Notes: generated from the letters alone by a model not told the origin. Positions 35,869 through 54,312 are shown, counted from the first letter of the stretch. The stretch is 64,000 bases of DNA from Cyanophora paradoxa CCMP329 (GCA_004431415.1 QPMI01000036.1:186001-250000); one strand, 5' to 3'. Numbers and translations: made by a program.

Positions 35869-36392
35869 CTAGCACCGTACCGCCGCGCTGGTCAAGTTTG
35901 CAACGGGGGGGCAACGGGTACGCTGCCGTGTCGCGGCGCGGGCGCTCGAGCCCCGGCCCATCGATCGAGTTCGCGCTAAAAGCTCGTCGCCAGACGGATC
36001 GTCCGATGTTAACTCCTCTGCCCTCACCGACCCACGTGCACTGTGCATGCAGTCCCATGCATTCAGCTTCGTCTGCAATCAGAAAGTACGAATTCGATCG
36101 AATTTGTTGTAAATCACACACAGAATCAGAGTCTGTCTCAAAACATGTCATTGCGAAAGCGGTGCACACCACGTAAAGTGGTGGTCACGCGTGTGCGCTT
36201 GCAGCTGGCTGCAGGCACAGGTAGCTATAGCAATTTAACGATGCGAGTCTAAACGGCCTAGGCAGCTCTAGCGATAGAACTACCGAGGTTATAGTTCTAA
36301 CTGCGAGCTATACGCCATGCTTTTAGGCCCCATGCACGGCACGAACCTTGGTTAACAGTCCGATGGTCATGGCTTGCGTCAAAGAACTCCAG

Positions 36393-36462
36393 AAGGCCGA
36401 TGAAAGGCATGAAACAAACACATATAAGGCCGATGAAAGGCATGAACCAAACACATTCAAGC
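36393..36462. repeat. 33-bp tandem duplication in AT-rich spacer
   Basis: aaggccgatgaaaggcatgaa[a/c]caaacacat at 36393 and 36426. Confidence 0.9.
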
Positions 36463-37038
36463 CTGAACAAGGTGCGAACTGCAGCAGGAGATGGTTAGAA
36501 CGGAGAAAGATCTTGCTCGACCTCCACGATTGATGAAGTCCACTGCCGGGCTCCGTGGCCGGTTGCAATTGAGGACTACTCCCGGTTGCAATTGCTTCGC
36601 CCCCGAGATCAGCGATCGCCCCCTGCCTCTTCATCCCAAGAACTCCGCAGTCCCTGCCGAAATGAGCACGGCGCGCACGACGCGGCACGCACCCGGCGAA
36701 GAAATGCATCCTTCGCTCGCTCTGCCTCCATTCCTCAAGATAAGAATTCAGATTTTCGGGCCCCTGTGCTGCTGCTCGCGTCCAGCTGCTGCTGGCGTTG
36801 CCGCTGCTTGTTTACTGCTACTTCTGATCCTCCTACCGCCGCTGCTGCTGCTGGCATCGGAGCCGTCGCCAGGTAGCCGTAGAGAGCGACTCGCCAAAGA
36901 TCGCGACTCGTGATGTTTCGGCAGCCTACCCCGGCCATTTCCATTCCCCCCCAAACCCGACCCCTCTAGAACCCCGAGCCCGCACGCCGCCAGCGAACTG
37001 GCGAGCTAAGCAGCAGCGTCAGCAGAGTCGGGAGCACA

Positions 37039-38966
37039 ATGCTCGCCGCAACCCGCACGGTCCGCGGGACTACGACCCTGCACCGCTCTCGCCTCTTTTG
37101 ACTGGTTCTCCCCGGCCGGAACAGCAGGTCAACATGAGCCCGTCTTGGGCTCCGCGCACCACGGCGAAGCGCAGAGTGTTGCGTGACCTCTCTCCTGGCG
37201 GCCCTGTGGAATCGGAGCCTGTGGAAGGGGAGCCGCTGGTTCCGAGCGCCCCTTGCTGCCCGAGCCCGGTGCTATACTCTAATATCCGACCTGTCCTGAA
37301 CCCACCAGCTCACCGCCGTCCGGCAGAACACCGGCGTTCCGCCTCCGCGCGACGGGAAGACTTTTACCCTGGTGCGGGACCCCTTCAGACAACATATTTT
37401 CATGTTGCACACTATATGTTACGACCTAAATGTCGTTCATGCACGGCCGGCTGCTCCCGCGATCGAATACACGTGAAGCGGAGCTCACCACCGGTCATAG
37501 GTGCTGGACCTGGACGAAACGCTCATTCACTCGGAGTGGAGCGTTACCCAAGGATGGAAGACTCTGCGCCGGCCCGGCATGCAGCTTTTCCTGCGCAGCA
37601 TGTCGCAGGTCGCTTTCTTCGAAGTCTGGTTGGCGCTGGCCCCTCTCACTCGGCTTGTGCAGATTGCCGACCTTATCCTTTTCACCGCTGGAACTCAGGA
37701 GTATGCCATGGTCCGTTGCTGCCTCGCGCGACAGACGCGGCCCCCCGCTGACCGTTCGATTCGCTGCGCAGCCCATCATCGACCGGGTGCGGCAGGACTT
37801 GCGCGGCTCACTCTTTCTTTTTGCCCTGCTAATACTGTGCCTCCGCTTTAGTTCGTCGATCCGCACAACGAGGTGCGCAGCCCGCGATCCCCTCCCACCG
37901 GCAGCTTCTGCGTCTTCCGGTCCTAACCTCGCGTGTGTGCAGTTCTTCACCGCCCGGCTTTTCCGCGAGTGGGTGCGCTGGCCCCGCGCGCACGGTTCGC
38001 GGATCGACCGCAGCCGACGCTCCGTTCCTTGCGCACAGACCACGCAAGTCGGCATGAATCACGTCAAGGACCTGTCGAAGCTGAACCGCGATCTTAGCCG
38101 GGTCCGTGCTTTCCGCCTCCCTGTCAACCGCCCCTTCTAACCGTGCGCCCCCAGACCGTCATCGTCGGTGCGAGATTTCGAAGAGAGCGCTCGTTCGACC
38201 GACGCTGAGGCTTTGCGCTCTTTGAACACGCAGATAACCTTTCGGAGAGCTTTGCCCTGCATCCGCTGAACGGGATTCAGATCCGGCCTTTCATCTCGGA
38301 CATGCGGGTAAGCCTCCCTGTGCACGCAGCGCAGCGGCACGCAGGGCTAACCGTCTGGTCTGCAGGACACGGCCCTCATCCAGCTCATCCCGTTCATGCA
38401 GAGTGCGCCCCGCGGCCTGCTCCCTGCCTCCGCCTCCCTCACCCCGCGGGGCCGCCGCAGAGCTAATCGGGGACAATGTGGACGTGCGTGAGGCGCTGAA
38501 GACAATGCCGATTCCGCCCGCCGTCGGCCCGGGCGTCGTGATCTCGGCGCGTACGCCGGTCTGGCGGAAGAGCACGACGGGCAAGGCGTGGACGCCGAAG
38601 GCGACTGCGGCGCCGTTGAGCGCGACGACGACGCTGGGCGGGCCGTCCAAGGTGGCCGGGCTCGGGGCGGCCAAGGCGGTGGGCACCAGCCCGACGTCGG
38701 TCTCGGTCGCCGTCTCGAGCATCGCCGACCTCGACACCAACGTCGCCGCCTCCAACTCCTACGCCACCCCGCTCCGCCGCCGGTGCGACCCGCGCCCCCG
38801 TCCCCCGCGCCGGGCCGCGCTTAGGGGATGGCGCAGGCCGGGCGCGGCGCACAACGAGAACGCGGGGCGTGCGGCGAACGCGCTCACGCAGTCGACGCCG
38901 ACCTCGCTCTCCGCGACCATGGCAAGGGCCTCCTCAGTCGGCAGGCGCCGCCCCCGCGTCGGCTAG
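37039..38966 (+). CDS. NIF/FCP1-family HAD phosphatase (Tim50/CTDSP-like) with low-complexity C-tail
   Basis: TLVLDLDETLIHSEWSVTQGWKTLRRPG, LILFTAGTQEYA, RLFRE, HVKDLSKLNRDLSRTVIVDN and HPLNGIQIRPF, with 13-21 nt microexons. Start uncertain. Confidence 0.85.
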
Positions 38967-39215
38967 ACCATTTTCCGCTTTTTCGTAGAGAACGCTTTTT
39001 CGCCACGCTCGCTTTCTTTGTTTAAAGTGCTCCACCTTAAATTAAGCGACCACAGTAGCTCAGCGCCGCCCTTTTTCCCGGCTGAGGAAGGATGTTATGT
39101 ATTTGAGTGTCCTCTTTTATTCGAGTGTACGCAGTGCAGTGTACGAGAGACCTTACGAGAAAATATAATTGATTTTGCGTAGACAGAGTACGTGTGCACG
39201 GGGGCGGGGCGGGTG

Positions 39216-40677
39216 TCAGAGACGGGCGGGCTCGAGGAGCGGGGGCGGGGGCGGCCTGCCACGGTGGAGGGCGAAGGTGCGGGCGACGTGGCGGCCGGCG
39301 GGGGTCTCGCGCAGGGCCCGCGCCTCGCGCTGGAGGGCTTCGGGGGCGGCAGCGAGGGGCAGGGAGCCCGGCCCGTACGGCTCGAAGACGACGGGCGCGG
39401 CGAGTGAGGCGAAGCTGAGGTCCGCGGATGTGAAGCGGCCCCCGACCTGCGTGCCCCCGCCGCCCCGTCAGGCGCCAGCGGCCGACGCTCTCCTCGCGGG
39501 CAGCGGTGGCCGCGCACAAGGAAGCCTTCGCCCTGGGCCCCGGGGGCGTGCGGGGTGAGGCGGGGCGGGGCGGACGGCGGCGGCGGGGCGGGCGGGGGCG
39601 AACGGAGGGGGGCAGGAGGGCGGAGAGGCGCGCGAAGACGTCGCGCACGATGGCGAGCGAGCGCGCCGCGCTCTCCGGCGTGATCTGCCGCGCCGGCGCT
39701 CGCAGGAGATGGAGAGGGGGAGGGAGGGCCTGGGGGCGCAGCGCTGGTCCCGCACCTTCAGCGACGCGGACATGCTGCGAGCGATCAGAGGCCGCGCCAC
39801 CGCGAGCGTCGCCCGCTCCAGCCTGAGCCGCGGCAGGCCAAGCCCCAACCGTAACTTCAAGAGCGGTCGGCGGCCGTGGGGAGCAGCAGCGGGCAGCGGG
39901 CGTCCTCTCACCTGGAGGTGCAACCGGCTCCCAGGAAGAGCCTGCCCAGCCGCGGATCGTTCAAGACGTGTGCGTAGATCCAGCGGCGTACGTGCGGACC
40001 CAGCTTTCGATCGCATATCTCTGCAGAACGCACAGCGGCGCACGGCGGCCGCCAATTCAGGGCGTGGCCTGCGAGGAACCTGAAAGCAGACTCGCCGACC
40101 TTCTATATCGCGTATGCGCTGCCTCTCGTCGGGTGATAGGTCCTGCGGATAGAGCTTCGCGTCGACCGGAAGGAGCCCGTCGACGAACTCGACGATCGCC
40201 TGGGAGTTCGGGAGAAACGCTCCTGCCCCGCCCCCGGTCTCGACCACCAGAGCGCAGGGGACGCTTGTGCTGCGAGACCCCTCTGGCGAACGAACCTGCA
40301 GCGCATGGCCCGGGGCCTGTAAGCACCGTGTGCGAGAGCGGGAAGCACCGTGTGCGAGAGCGGGCGACTGCTACTAAGACCGCTGTATTTCACGAAGCAA
40401 GCGCACCGCTTTTACGGCGCGTATGTGCAGAAGCGGCACCTGCGGCGCAGGTGCGGTGAGGCCGGAGCGAGAGGTCAATCCCAGGCCAGCGCAGCGCGTA
40501 CGTGGGCCTCCTCGGTGTACGCGGTCAGCCCGCGGGCTCCCGACAGGTCGAGCGCCCACCGCGCGCGCTCGCAATAGTGGCTGCCCTCAGTGAGCCTGCG
40601 AGACCCGCGTTCCTGCTGGCGCCAGCGCACCTCGCCCCGATCGTCAGCAGCCGAAGCTGAATGGGCACGTCGCCCAT
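39216..40677 (-). CDS. Glutathione S-transferase-like protein (SHYCE type)
   Basis: LRLLTIGASHYCERARWALD…YTEEAHVPLLH, SVPALV, NSQAIVEFVD…LYP and RFTSADLSFASLAAPV. Confidence 0.85.
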
Positions 40678-40772
40678 GGTAGGGAATTGCAGTTGGCCGC
40701 CGGGCTGCGCTCCTACCTCCAACCTCGTGTACCCTCCCGCCAGCCTCGGGTACACTCGTTCGTCGCGAAAGC

Positions 40773-43260
<2,488 letters not shown>

Positions 43261-43667
43261 ACGACCGGCGCACGCAGTCCCTAGGCCCTCGGACGATCCG
43301 CCGCGGCCGAGGTTTCAGCTAGCTCGATATAATTGTTTTTGAATTCGGTAGGGCGATTTTTCGGCCTCGCGATGGAGCCAGGCAAGAGGGCGAAGTGGGG
43401 GTGCTCAAGTTAACGTTGGGGAGCAGCGCTAGCCCGGGTACCCAAGTTGTGGCTCCATGGCCAGGCGCCCGGAGACGCGATGCGGAGCCCGTGATACATT
43501 TAAAAGACAGCTTACAAGCAGTCCGTTTCGAATAATAAATCCGGGGGGCTCTCCGCGCGTGGGGAGCGCGGAGGGGAGGGGGGGCGGGTTGAGGGGCGGA
43601 CGGGGAGTGGAGGACGCGCGGAAACACGCGGTTGAGAGGAAAGGAAGGCAGGGGGCGGGGCGGGGCA

Positions 43668-45817
43668 TCAGCCTGCGCGGGGCAGTGAGCAGGGAGGGGG
43701 GTGGCGGCGGCGGGCGGGGCGGGGCGGACGGATGCTGGTGGCCCAGGAGGGGGAGAGGGCCTGCGACTCGGTGAGGGTCGCCCGCGTCTTCGGGCCCTGC
43801 GCCCCCGCGTCAGCCCCGCCCCCCGGCCCGGCTGCAGCCCCCGCGCGGGGCGCACGGGGAAGACGTTCCAGAAGCGAAGCGTCTCGTCTCCGGCGCCTGC
43901 GACCGGTGAGGGGCGCCCGGGGCGGTGCGGTGCGGGGCGGGGGGCACCGGTGACGATGGTCTGGCCGTCGGGGGACATGGAGAGGTACAGCACCCGCATC
44001 GTGTGCCTGCCGCCGCCCCGTCGGCCCGGCAGGCGGGCCCCGGCGCAGAGAGGGCGGCGAGGGGAGAGGCGCACCCGGTGAGGGTGACGACCTTGGACAT
44101 GGAGGGGTAGCGCCACACGATGATCTGATTCTGGCTGTACCCGTGCGTGCTCACCAGCTCGTTCACGTTCTTCGACCACGCCAGGTTGCAGACCTGCGGG
44201 CGGGCGGTCAGGGCGCAGGCGAGGCAGTAGGCGGGGAGGGGCCGGGGGCGCCTGGGAGCCCGTGTCGACGCAGTTGAGCTGGACGGCGGTGAGGGTGTTC
44301 CAGAAGCGGATGCAGCGGTCCGCCGTGCCGCCCCCGGAGGCGAGGATGCCGTGCTGGTGTGGCGACCACGCGATGGCCTTCACCGCCGCCGTGTGCTCCC
44401 CGAAGCGCGCCACCGGCTGCGCGGACTGCAGCGACCAGATGAAGAGCTTGTTGTCGTTGCCCCCGGAGGCCAGCTGCTGGTCGTCGAAGGACCACTTCAG
44501 CCCGCACACCTCCTGCTTGTGCTGCCCCCGGGCGTCACGAGGGCGCGCGCGGGGGGCGGGGGCGGGGGGCGGGGCGGGGGCACGGAGGCGAGCTTCATGA
44601 AGAAGGGGCTCGGGGAGCGGACGTCGCGCTGGAGGATCATCCGATCCCGCGAGCCCGAGGAGAGCACGTGGGAGCCCCACGCCAGCGTCCCCACCCTGCC
44701 GCCCCCATCACGCCCCGCCCCCTGGGGGCCCGCGCAGCCCCGCCCGGCCCGGCGCCGGCGCACCGCATGTCGTGCCCCGGCATGCTGCGCGTCTTCTTGC
44801 ACTTGGCCGTGTCCCAGAGCTGCACCTACGGCCGCCGTCGGGCCGGGGCGGGGGCGCGGAAGGGCCGGGCCAGGGGCGCACCTCGCCGCGGTTGGTGCCG
44901 ACGGCGAGGTGCGTGCCGCGCTGCGTCCAGGCCACCGAGGTGACGCTGTTGTCCTCGCCGGAGAGGTCGCAGAGCTTGGTGACCTTGCTGGTGCAGGCGG
45001 ACCAGAGGTAGACGCAGGGCCCGAGGCCGACGGCGAGCACGTTCTGGCTGCTCCAGTGCACGAGGTTGAGGTAGAAGTCGTCCTGCAGCGCCGGCGCGTC
45101 CAGCACCTTGAACGGCACCTTCGCGATCCGCCGCGTCGCCCGCTTCGGCGTCCCCAGCGCGTCGGGCAGCTCCTGCCCCGTCCCCACCGGCGTCGTCGCG
45201 TACGGCGACTGCGGCTCCTGCCCCGCCAGCGGCGACCGCGGCTGCCGGAAGTGGAAGAGGTTCCGCACCGGCGACCGCGCCAGGCCGCTGTTCTCGTCCA
45301 CGAGGCCGCCCCCCGGCTGCTGCACGGGCGACGAGGGCCCCGGGCCCGCTATGTCCAGGCCCAGGAGCTCGTTCCTAAGTACTTGGTTGTATGCAGAAAG
45401 ACCATCCTCCTTGGTCCCGTCTCCGGGTTGCTGCGGAGGCCCCGGACTGCTGTTCATCAACGAGAAGCTGGCTTCCACGCTCGGCGACCTGGGCGGGGGC
45501 CGGCGTAAGCAAAGAGCGCGCGAAGAGGTTCCGAGGCTCGAGGGGGAGCTGAAGAGCTGCGCGCGGCGTGCGCGGGCGCTAGCTCGACCCCGGCGCACCT
45601 CGTCGGTATGAAGCGATCGCTGTACACATCCTTCGAGGGGGTGCCCGGTGGCGATGGCGATGTTCGCTGGCGCTTTACGGGGCTCGCGAGGCGAGCGATG
45701 TACTCTGCGGCCACCAGTCAACGACATCGCGCAGTTTCGACAACGGCGCGCGGCGCAGCCTCTTCTTCCGCTTCTATGGCTTCTACTAGGTGGTGACACG
45801 CCCGCACCTGCGTCCAT
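43668..45817 (-). CDS. FZR1: APC/C activator Cdh1/Fizzy-related (CCS52)
   Basis: C-box [40 protein letters not shown] and C-terminal IR tail. Confidence 0.95.
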
Positions 45818-46155
45818 TCCGTACGGCGGGCGAGCCCGCCCTTCGGTCGCCCACCAGTCTCAGAGATGCGCTCGGGCGGCTGTTCACGATGCAAAGGTCA
45901 CTTCTCGTCGCTCAAAGGTGCGTATTCTCGACACTTTGATCCGGGAGCCGTTCTCGGCGCTCCGCAGGTGAAGGCTCGACTCCTCGCGGGGCACTTTTTC
46001 AAAACTCGCACACCGCGGCCCCGCAGGCCCCGCAGCGCGGCAGGCAGCGTGCAGGAGGCCCGGTGTTCGATTTAGAAAGAGCTCAGATCAGATAAGCGCG
46101 GCATCGCTCGCGCGGTTCCGGTGCAGTTCGGCGGCGGGCCCTCCGGCGTGCAGGG

Positions 46156-48770
46156 ATGTCGGCGCCGGCGACCCCGGCCTCGGCGGCGTCCACTTCGACG
46201 AGCAATGTCGGCCATCAGGCCGCCTCCGTGATGGTTGCGTCCGCGGCGGACTGCATCTCGCTCTGGGATCTCCCTTCCTCGACGACGCCCCTCTCGGTCG
46301 TCAACACGCCGGCTAGAACGAACTGCATTCGATGGAGCGCGAACAGTGCGCCGCGCGCCCGCCCTCTCCGAGCGCCCGCCGCCGAGCCGACTCCCGCGCC
46401 GCAGACCAGACGATAGCGAGCGTAGGCAACGACGGAGTCATACGGGTCACGCACGCAGTGACGGGATCTACTGTCCTGTCGATGAACGTGAACGGCCAGG
46501 TGGCTGCGGACCGCTCGCCGCCGCCTGACCCGGCCGGCCCTCTGAGCGCCGCGCGCCCAGGACGGGAAGCCGGAGGTGCTCAACGGCGTCGGGTTCAGCA
46601 GCTCATCGCGCTTCCTCGTGACGGGCGGCTCGGACGCGGTCGTGAAGATTTGGGACCTGAAGGCCCGGATCATGATGCGGGCCCTCAAGGCGCGGCCTCC
46701 CCCGGCGCCTGCCGCGGTGGCCCGCGCGCCCTCCAGGCGGGGCGTGACGGCGTGCGGCGCAGGGCCACTCGGCTGCGGTGACGTGCGTGTCGTTCTCGCC
46801 GGAGGACCTGGAGGTGGCGTCGGGCGGCAAGGCCGGCGACGTCTTCGTCCACCAGTTCTCCTCCCAGGAGCACGCCGCCTCCAGCCTCTCCCCGCTCAAG
46901 CTCCCGTCCTCCTGCTCCGCCGTGCGCGCGCGCCGCGCCCGCCGCCCGCCAGCGGGCCGAGGGCGGTGGCGGGGCAGGCGGTGCGGGCGCTGCAGTACGC
47001 GCCGCTGCGGAAGCAGACGCTGGCGGCGTGCCGCGAGGACGGCTCCCTCCAGGTCTGGGACACCACCACGGGGTGCGCCCCGCCCCGCCCAGCCCCGCCG
47101 GCCCCCGCCCCGCCCCGCCGAGGCGACGGGCGGCAGGGCGACGCTGCTGTCGATGACGGGGAAGCACGCGGGGGCGGCCACGGCGCTGGCCTTCTCGCCG
47201 CTGAACGCCATCCTGCTGGCCACCGTCGGCCTCGACTCGCAGATCCTCTTCTACGACCTCGACAACAAGAAGCTCATCAAGAACGTCCAGGCCGAGGAGG
47301 CTCGCCCGCCCCGCCGCCAGCCGGCGCGCCCCGCCTGACGGGCGGCGGGGGCCGGCAGGCGCTCACGGCGGTGGCCTTCACGAACGACGGCTCGGGGCTG
47401 GTCGTGGGGACGGCGCGGGGGCGCGTGCTGCTGTACGACCTGCGGCAGGCGCACGCCGGCCCCGTGCAGGCCCTCGCCGCCCACTCCCAGCCCGTGGCCT
47501 GCGTCGCCGTCACCCACCGCCACTCCAGCGCCTCCAGAGCACGCCCCGCCCCGCCCCATCCCGCCCGCCCGCCCCGCCGGCGCTGACGCGGCGAGCAGAA
47601 GGCGAGCGTGGGGCGGCCGTCTGAGGTCGGCTCCCTCCGCGGCCTTCCGACGTCGCACCGCCGACGCCCGCCTCTCCTTCGCCCCCGCCCCGCCCCGGCC
47701 CCTCCCGCCCGCCCTCGACGCCCGCCGCCCGCCGGCGCCGCCTCCCTCACCGCCCTCGCCGCCGCCCGCGCCTCGGGCGGCGGCCCCGCCGCGGCGGCGG
47801 CCCCGCGTGGGCCCACGGCCGCGGGTGACGCGAACTCTCCCGTGCGGGGCGGCGAGCCGGCTGCGGGGGCGGGGGCGGGGGCGGGGCCTCGCTGCTCGAC
47901 TCGTCGCTGAACGCGTCGCGCCTCGGGCTCGACGAGTCCCTCCTCCAGACCCCTCCTTCCCCTCCAAGACCGCCCCCGCACCGCCACCTCGCCCCCGACC
48001 CGCCCGCCCCGCACTCTTCTCCGCCCCGCCCCGCCGCCCCTCGCCCCCGCTCCCGCCCGCCCCTCCTCCCTCCCCGCCCCGCCCGTACGCGACGGACCCC
48101 GCCCCCGGGCCCGCCCCGCCGCCTCCCCGGAGCCTTCACCCGTGCCGTGCGCCCCCGCTGACCGCCGCTGACCCGCCGCCCCTGCTGACCCCCGGCCCCG
48201 CAGGCCGCCCCGCGCCTCGGCCAGCGCCCTCTTGTGCGTCCGCCCGCGTCAGCAGCCGCGCCGCTCACCCGTTTGCAGCAGCACAGCCCGGCCCGCGGCG
48301 CCCAGCGCCCCGGCGCCTTCCCCAGCGCCGAGCGCGGCTGCGGGCGGGGCGGCGAGCACGGCGGGGTGGTGGAGCGTGCGGCTGCCGCCATCGCCGGCGC
48401 CGGTGCCAAGGTGCGGCGGGCGGCGCGAGGCGCCGGGGACGGCGCGTGACGGCGCGCGGGGCGGCAGGAGGCGCTGGAGGCGGGGCTGGTGCGGTCGATG
48501 CTGGAGGAGGTGCTGGAGGAGGGGCGGCGGGAGGCGCGCGCGGAGATGCAGGCCCTCCACGTCGACATGCTCCGCTGCTTCCACGAGCTCCAGGCCCGCC
48601 CCCCCGCCCGCCCCGCGCCCCGCCGGCCTGCGGGGCCTGATGCCCGGCGGCAGTCGGAGACGTCGGGGGCGATGCGAGCGCTGCTGGAGCAGGTGCAGGA
48701 GCTGACGGAGGAGGTCGCCGCCCTCCGCCGCGAGTCTCAGCGCGCCCGCGCCGCCGCCGTCTTCTCCTAG
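46156..48770 (+). CDS. NEDD1: NEDD1/GCP-WD gamma-tubulin ring complex targeting factor
   Basis: N-terminal WD40 repeats, Pro-rich linker and C-terminal LEEVLEE…EMQALHVDMLRCFHELQ…EVAALRRESQR coiled coil. Confidence 0.85.
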
Positions 48771-49162
48771 CGCCCCGCCCCCGCCCTCTCTCAACACGTC
48801 CAGCTTTCGAGCCCCCGGGGGCAGACACGCCGGTCGCCGGGCGAGGCGGGGCGCGGGGTGCAGGGGGCGCGGGGTGTCGGGCCGCCGGGTCCAGGCCCTG
48901 GCAGTGGCCCTCAGGGGCGAGTTCGAGGTGGGGACACTGTGCACGTGCAGCATAGGCCAACAGCTAGGGGCGAGGCGGTGAGGGGCGGACACTGTGCGGC
49001 ACATCATCAGTGTGCATCGACTTCGAATTCATGTCCGCGTGCCATGGCGGCAGGCGCCGGGAGGCGGCGGCAGTGCCGCGGCAGTGCAGGGGGGGGGATA
49101 CCGGTGCACGAAACTTGCCGAAAGTTCCAGTCCAGCTGCAGCACAGCAACCCGACCTAGCGA

Positions 49163-50892
49163 ATGGCACGCGTCGGCGAGGGAGACCCGCGTTGGTGCGC
49201 GCAGATGGCCACGCGCGGCGCCTCCTGCGCGGCTGTGCACGGCGGCTGGCATCCGCCACTCACCGCCTCACCGCCGGCGCGGCGCAGGATCGTGAACGAG
49301 CGTCAGGATGGCGCCAACGTTAACAATTGGCATTGGGTCGAAAAGGACTGCTCAAAGCTCTCGCGCGACCGGATCACCGAGCTGCTCGAGAAGCAGAAGG
49401 TACCCGCGCTTGCTGGCCAGGGCCTGCGCCGCCGGCGGCAGTGCGCGTGCGCTGATGCGTGTGTTCCACCGCAGGTTATTGATGAGAAGGAGCTGACGAT
49501 GGAAATCACGAAGGTGGATAGCATCTCCGGCGAGGCGACCGCGAACAACAGGAAAGGCAAGCGCATCGTGTTCTACGAGCTGGACGTCAAGCTCAAGTGG
49601 AAGGGTGCGTCGCGTGCCGCCGCGCGCGGCGCGCTGGCGCGAACCGCCGGCGCAGGCCAGATCAAGGACTCGGATGACAAGGTGATAGCGACGGCGGACG
49701 GCAATGCGGAGATTACGAACCTGTCGGAGGAGCAGGACGCCGATGACCTGGAGGTGCGCGGCTGCCGTCCGGGGGCGCGCTCGCGGCCGGCTGCCGACGC
49801 GAAGGTTCTGGGCGCTCCGCGCAGGTCGTCGTCAGCACCAGCGGCACGTCGGCGAACCACGAGCGGCTGCGATCGATCATGCGCACGCACGGCATTCCCT
49901 TCATCCGCAAGCGCCTCGGGCAGTTCATCCGCGAGTTCAAGGCCGGTGCGGGCCGCCGGCCGCCGTCGCGCGCTCGCGCCTCGTCCCGACAGGCCGCGCC
50001 GCAGGCGAGGGCTGTTTCACGATCTCGGGAGGCTCTTCGTCGCCTGCGCCGATCCCGCCCAAGTCGGCGAGCCCCGCGCCGGCGAAGCCCGCCGCGGCGG
50101 CCGAGCCGGTCAAGCCGGCGACAGCAGCAGCGCCCGCAGCAGCAGCACCGGCAGCGCCGGCCAAGAAGGGCGCAGGGAGAACGATCAAGATGAAGGCGAG
50201 ATGGGCGGGGCCGCGCCGCGCCGTGGGGCGCGGGGCGCGGGCTGAGGCGGGCGGGGCGTGCAGGTGACGTTCCAGTGCCCGGCGGCGGAGCTGTACGAGT
50301 GCCTGGTGGACGAGGCCCGCGTCGCTGCCTACACCCAGTCCAAGGCCACCATCAGGTGCCCCCTCCCCGCCCCGCCCCGCCCCGCCCCGCCCCCGCCCCG
50401 CCCCCCGCCCCGCCGCCGACGCCGGGGGCCGACGCGCGCGCAGCCGGGAAGTGGGGAGCAGCTTCTCGATGTTCGGGGGCTCGATCACGGGGCGCCAGGT
50501 GGAGCTGGTGCCGGGCAAGCGCATCGTGCAGGACTGGCGCTTCTCCGACTGGGCCGAGGGCGTCCTCTCCAAGGCCCGCCCCGCCCCGCCCCGCCCCCAA
50601 GGGGCGCCCCGCGGCGTCGCTGAGGGGGGCGGGCGGGCAGGTGACGATGGACCTGGAGCAGGACAAGGAGGACGGCAACGCGTGCGTGCTGCAGCTCGTG
50701 CAGGAGGGCGTCCCCGAGACCGACGCCGGCGGCCACGGCGGCGTCGTCGAGCGCACCCAGCAGGGCTGGCGCATGCACTTCTTCGAGAAGATCAAGGTCC
50801 CGCCCGCCCCGCGCCCCGCCCCCCCGCCCCGGCCGCCCCCGACGCCCCCCGCGCAGCACGTCTTCAACTTCGGCACCACTTTCCACTTCTGA
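49163..50892 (+). CDS. AHA1: Activator of Hsp90 ATPase Aha1
   Basis: MARVGEGDPRWIVNERQDGANVNNWHWVEKD, NNRKGKRIVFYE and C-domain FSMFGGSITG…KRIVQDWRF. Confidence 0.96.
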
Positions 50893-51116
50893 GGCGCGCT
50901 TCGGCCCCGCCCGGACCCCCGCCGGCCCCGCCCGGCCCAGCGCCCCCGCTCCTCCTCCCCGCCGGCGCCCCGCAGCCGACCGCGCTGCCCCCTCCCCATC
51001 GCGCGGCGCCGCCCCCGCAGACCAGAGAATTACGTATACAATTGCAATGGACCCAAAGTAGGCGGCTCGAGCGGAGCGCGCGGCGCGGGCCGTGCGTACG
51101 GAGGTCGGGATTGTTA

Positions 51117-53974
<2,858 letters not shown>

Positions 53975-54312
53975 TCAGATCGGTTCCCGCTCGGCGATGG
54001 ACGGATGACACGGCCGCCGAGCTCGCCAGTGAGTGCACCTGGCGGTTCTTCTCGCCACACGCCTCGAGACTGACGTACCCCCTCCCACCAATGCAATTTT
54101 GGCCGCCGCAAATCTTGACCGGCCCCCTGCGCATGCGTACCGGCCGCAATACTCGAATGTGGGTGATAACGGACATACGATCGCGCATTGCCGCCTTGTG
54201 CACTTGAAATTCGAAAATGGGGGAAAGAGACGCGTACGGATCACGCAGGCCGGATTCAAAGGGAAGCTGGGGTCTGGCGAATTGAAATGTACAGATACAT
54301 CTAAGCTCGAGC

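Noticed and set aside
36491-36913. Hydrophobic ORF as the missing Tim50 transmembrane exon
   Set aside because: The Leu run derives from CTG/CTA microsatellite-like sequence, and I found no convincing in-frame splice path to the phosphatase.
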